Shown: piece by piece, positions 63,611-64,000 of the stretch
Layout of the letters: the number at the start of each line of letters is the position of its first letter
How positions within the stretch are numbered: the first letter of the stretch is position 1
Source: Octopus sinensis
Lineage: Eukaryota
Length of the DNA stretch: 64,000 bases
Assembly (NCBI RefSeq): GCF_006345805.1
Contig: NC_043011.1
Span: 43,908,464-43,972,463 of the forward strand
Reading direction: 5' to 3'
The notes under the pieces: model-generated
Database searches by the model: none
What the model was told of the DNA's origin: nothing
The model's input: only the letters and a program-made list of their open reading frames with translations
Translations under genes and position numbers: made by a program

Positions 63611-64000
63611 ATATATATATATTATATAATAGCGAAACAATTGTCCCAAAATAATCTGTAATTTTGTTATTTTTTATTTGCCCTGTCCGTGTGAGCTAAC
63701 AATCGTACTGACTTTCATGGGAAACATGTATTTTCGTGGTTGAAACCTTTTGGATTAACTGGTGCTAGAGTGAGCCATATAGTGACCACTCTCTTATATT
63801 TATTTTGTAAAAATATTATAATATGTTATAAAATATTATAATAATCCAGGTTTCTCGGAGCACTAGGCCACTTGGTGTTGAATAGATATACTATTAAATT
63901 AGTATCTAATTCTCTCACCCTTATTAATTAATTATAATTATGCTGCATTTATTTCTAAATGCTGTATTTGTTTTCCGTGAAAGTTTGGCGCGCTGTTAGT

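Overview
Repeat-dense, AT-rich eukaryotic (animal) DNA. The SINE families and very high microsatellite load suggest an octopod cephalopod such as Octopus; this is an inference, not a database match. Nearly all ORFs in the supplied track are microsatellite or SINE artefacts. Three host genes are supportable, all on the minus strand: a tRNA-Lys(CTT) gene (28553-28625), an uninterrupted ~1195-aa CCHC zinc-knuckle protein carrying a large in-frame S/T-P minisatellite (40290-43877), and an intronless CCDC113/CFAP263-like coiled-coil gene, probably a retrocopy (60600-61787). The rest is several tRNA-derived SINE families, a decayed Tc1 element, Helitrons, RTE and R4/Dong LINE fragments, MITEs with clear TSDs, a 1.6-kb A4T4-type satellite, many foldback palindromes and a 100-N gap. 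The most unusual signal is a set of minimal type I hammerhead-ribozyme motifs in short Penelope-like repeats. One of them belongs to an element that joins a tRNA-derived head to a hammerhead tail.
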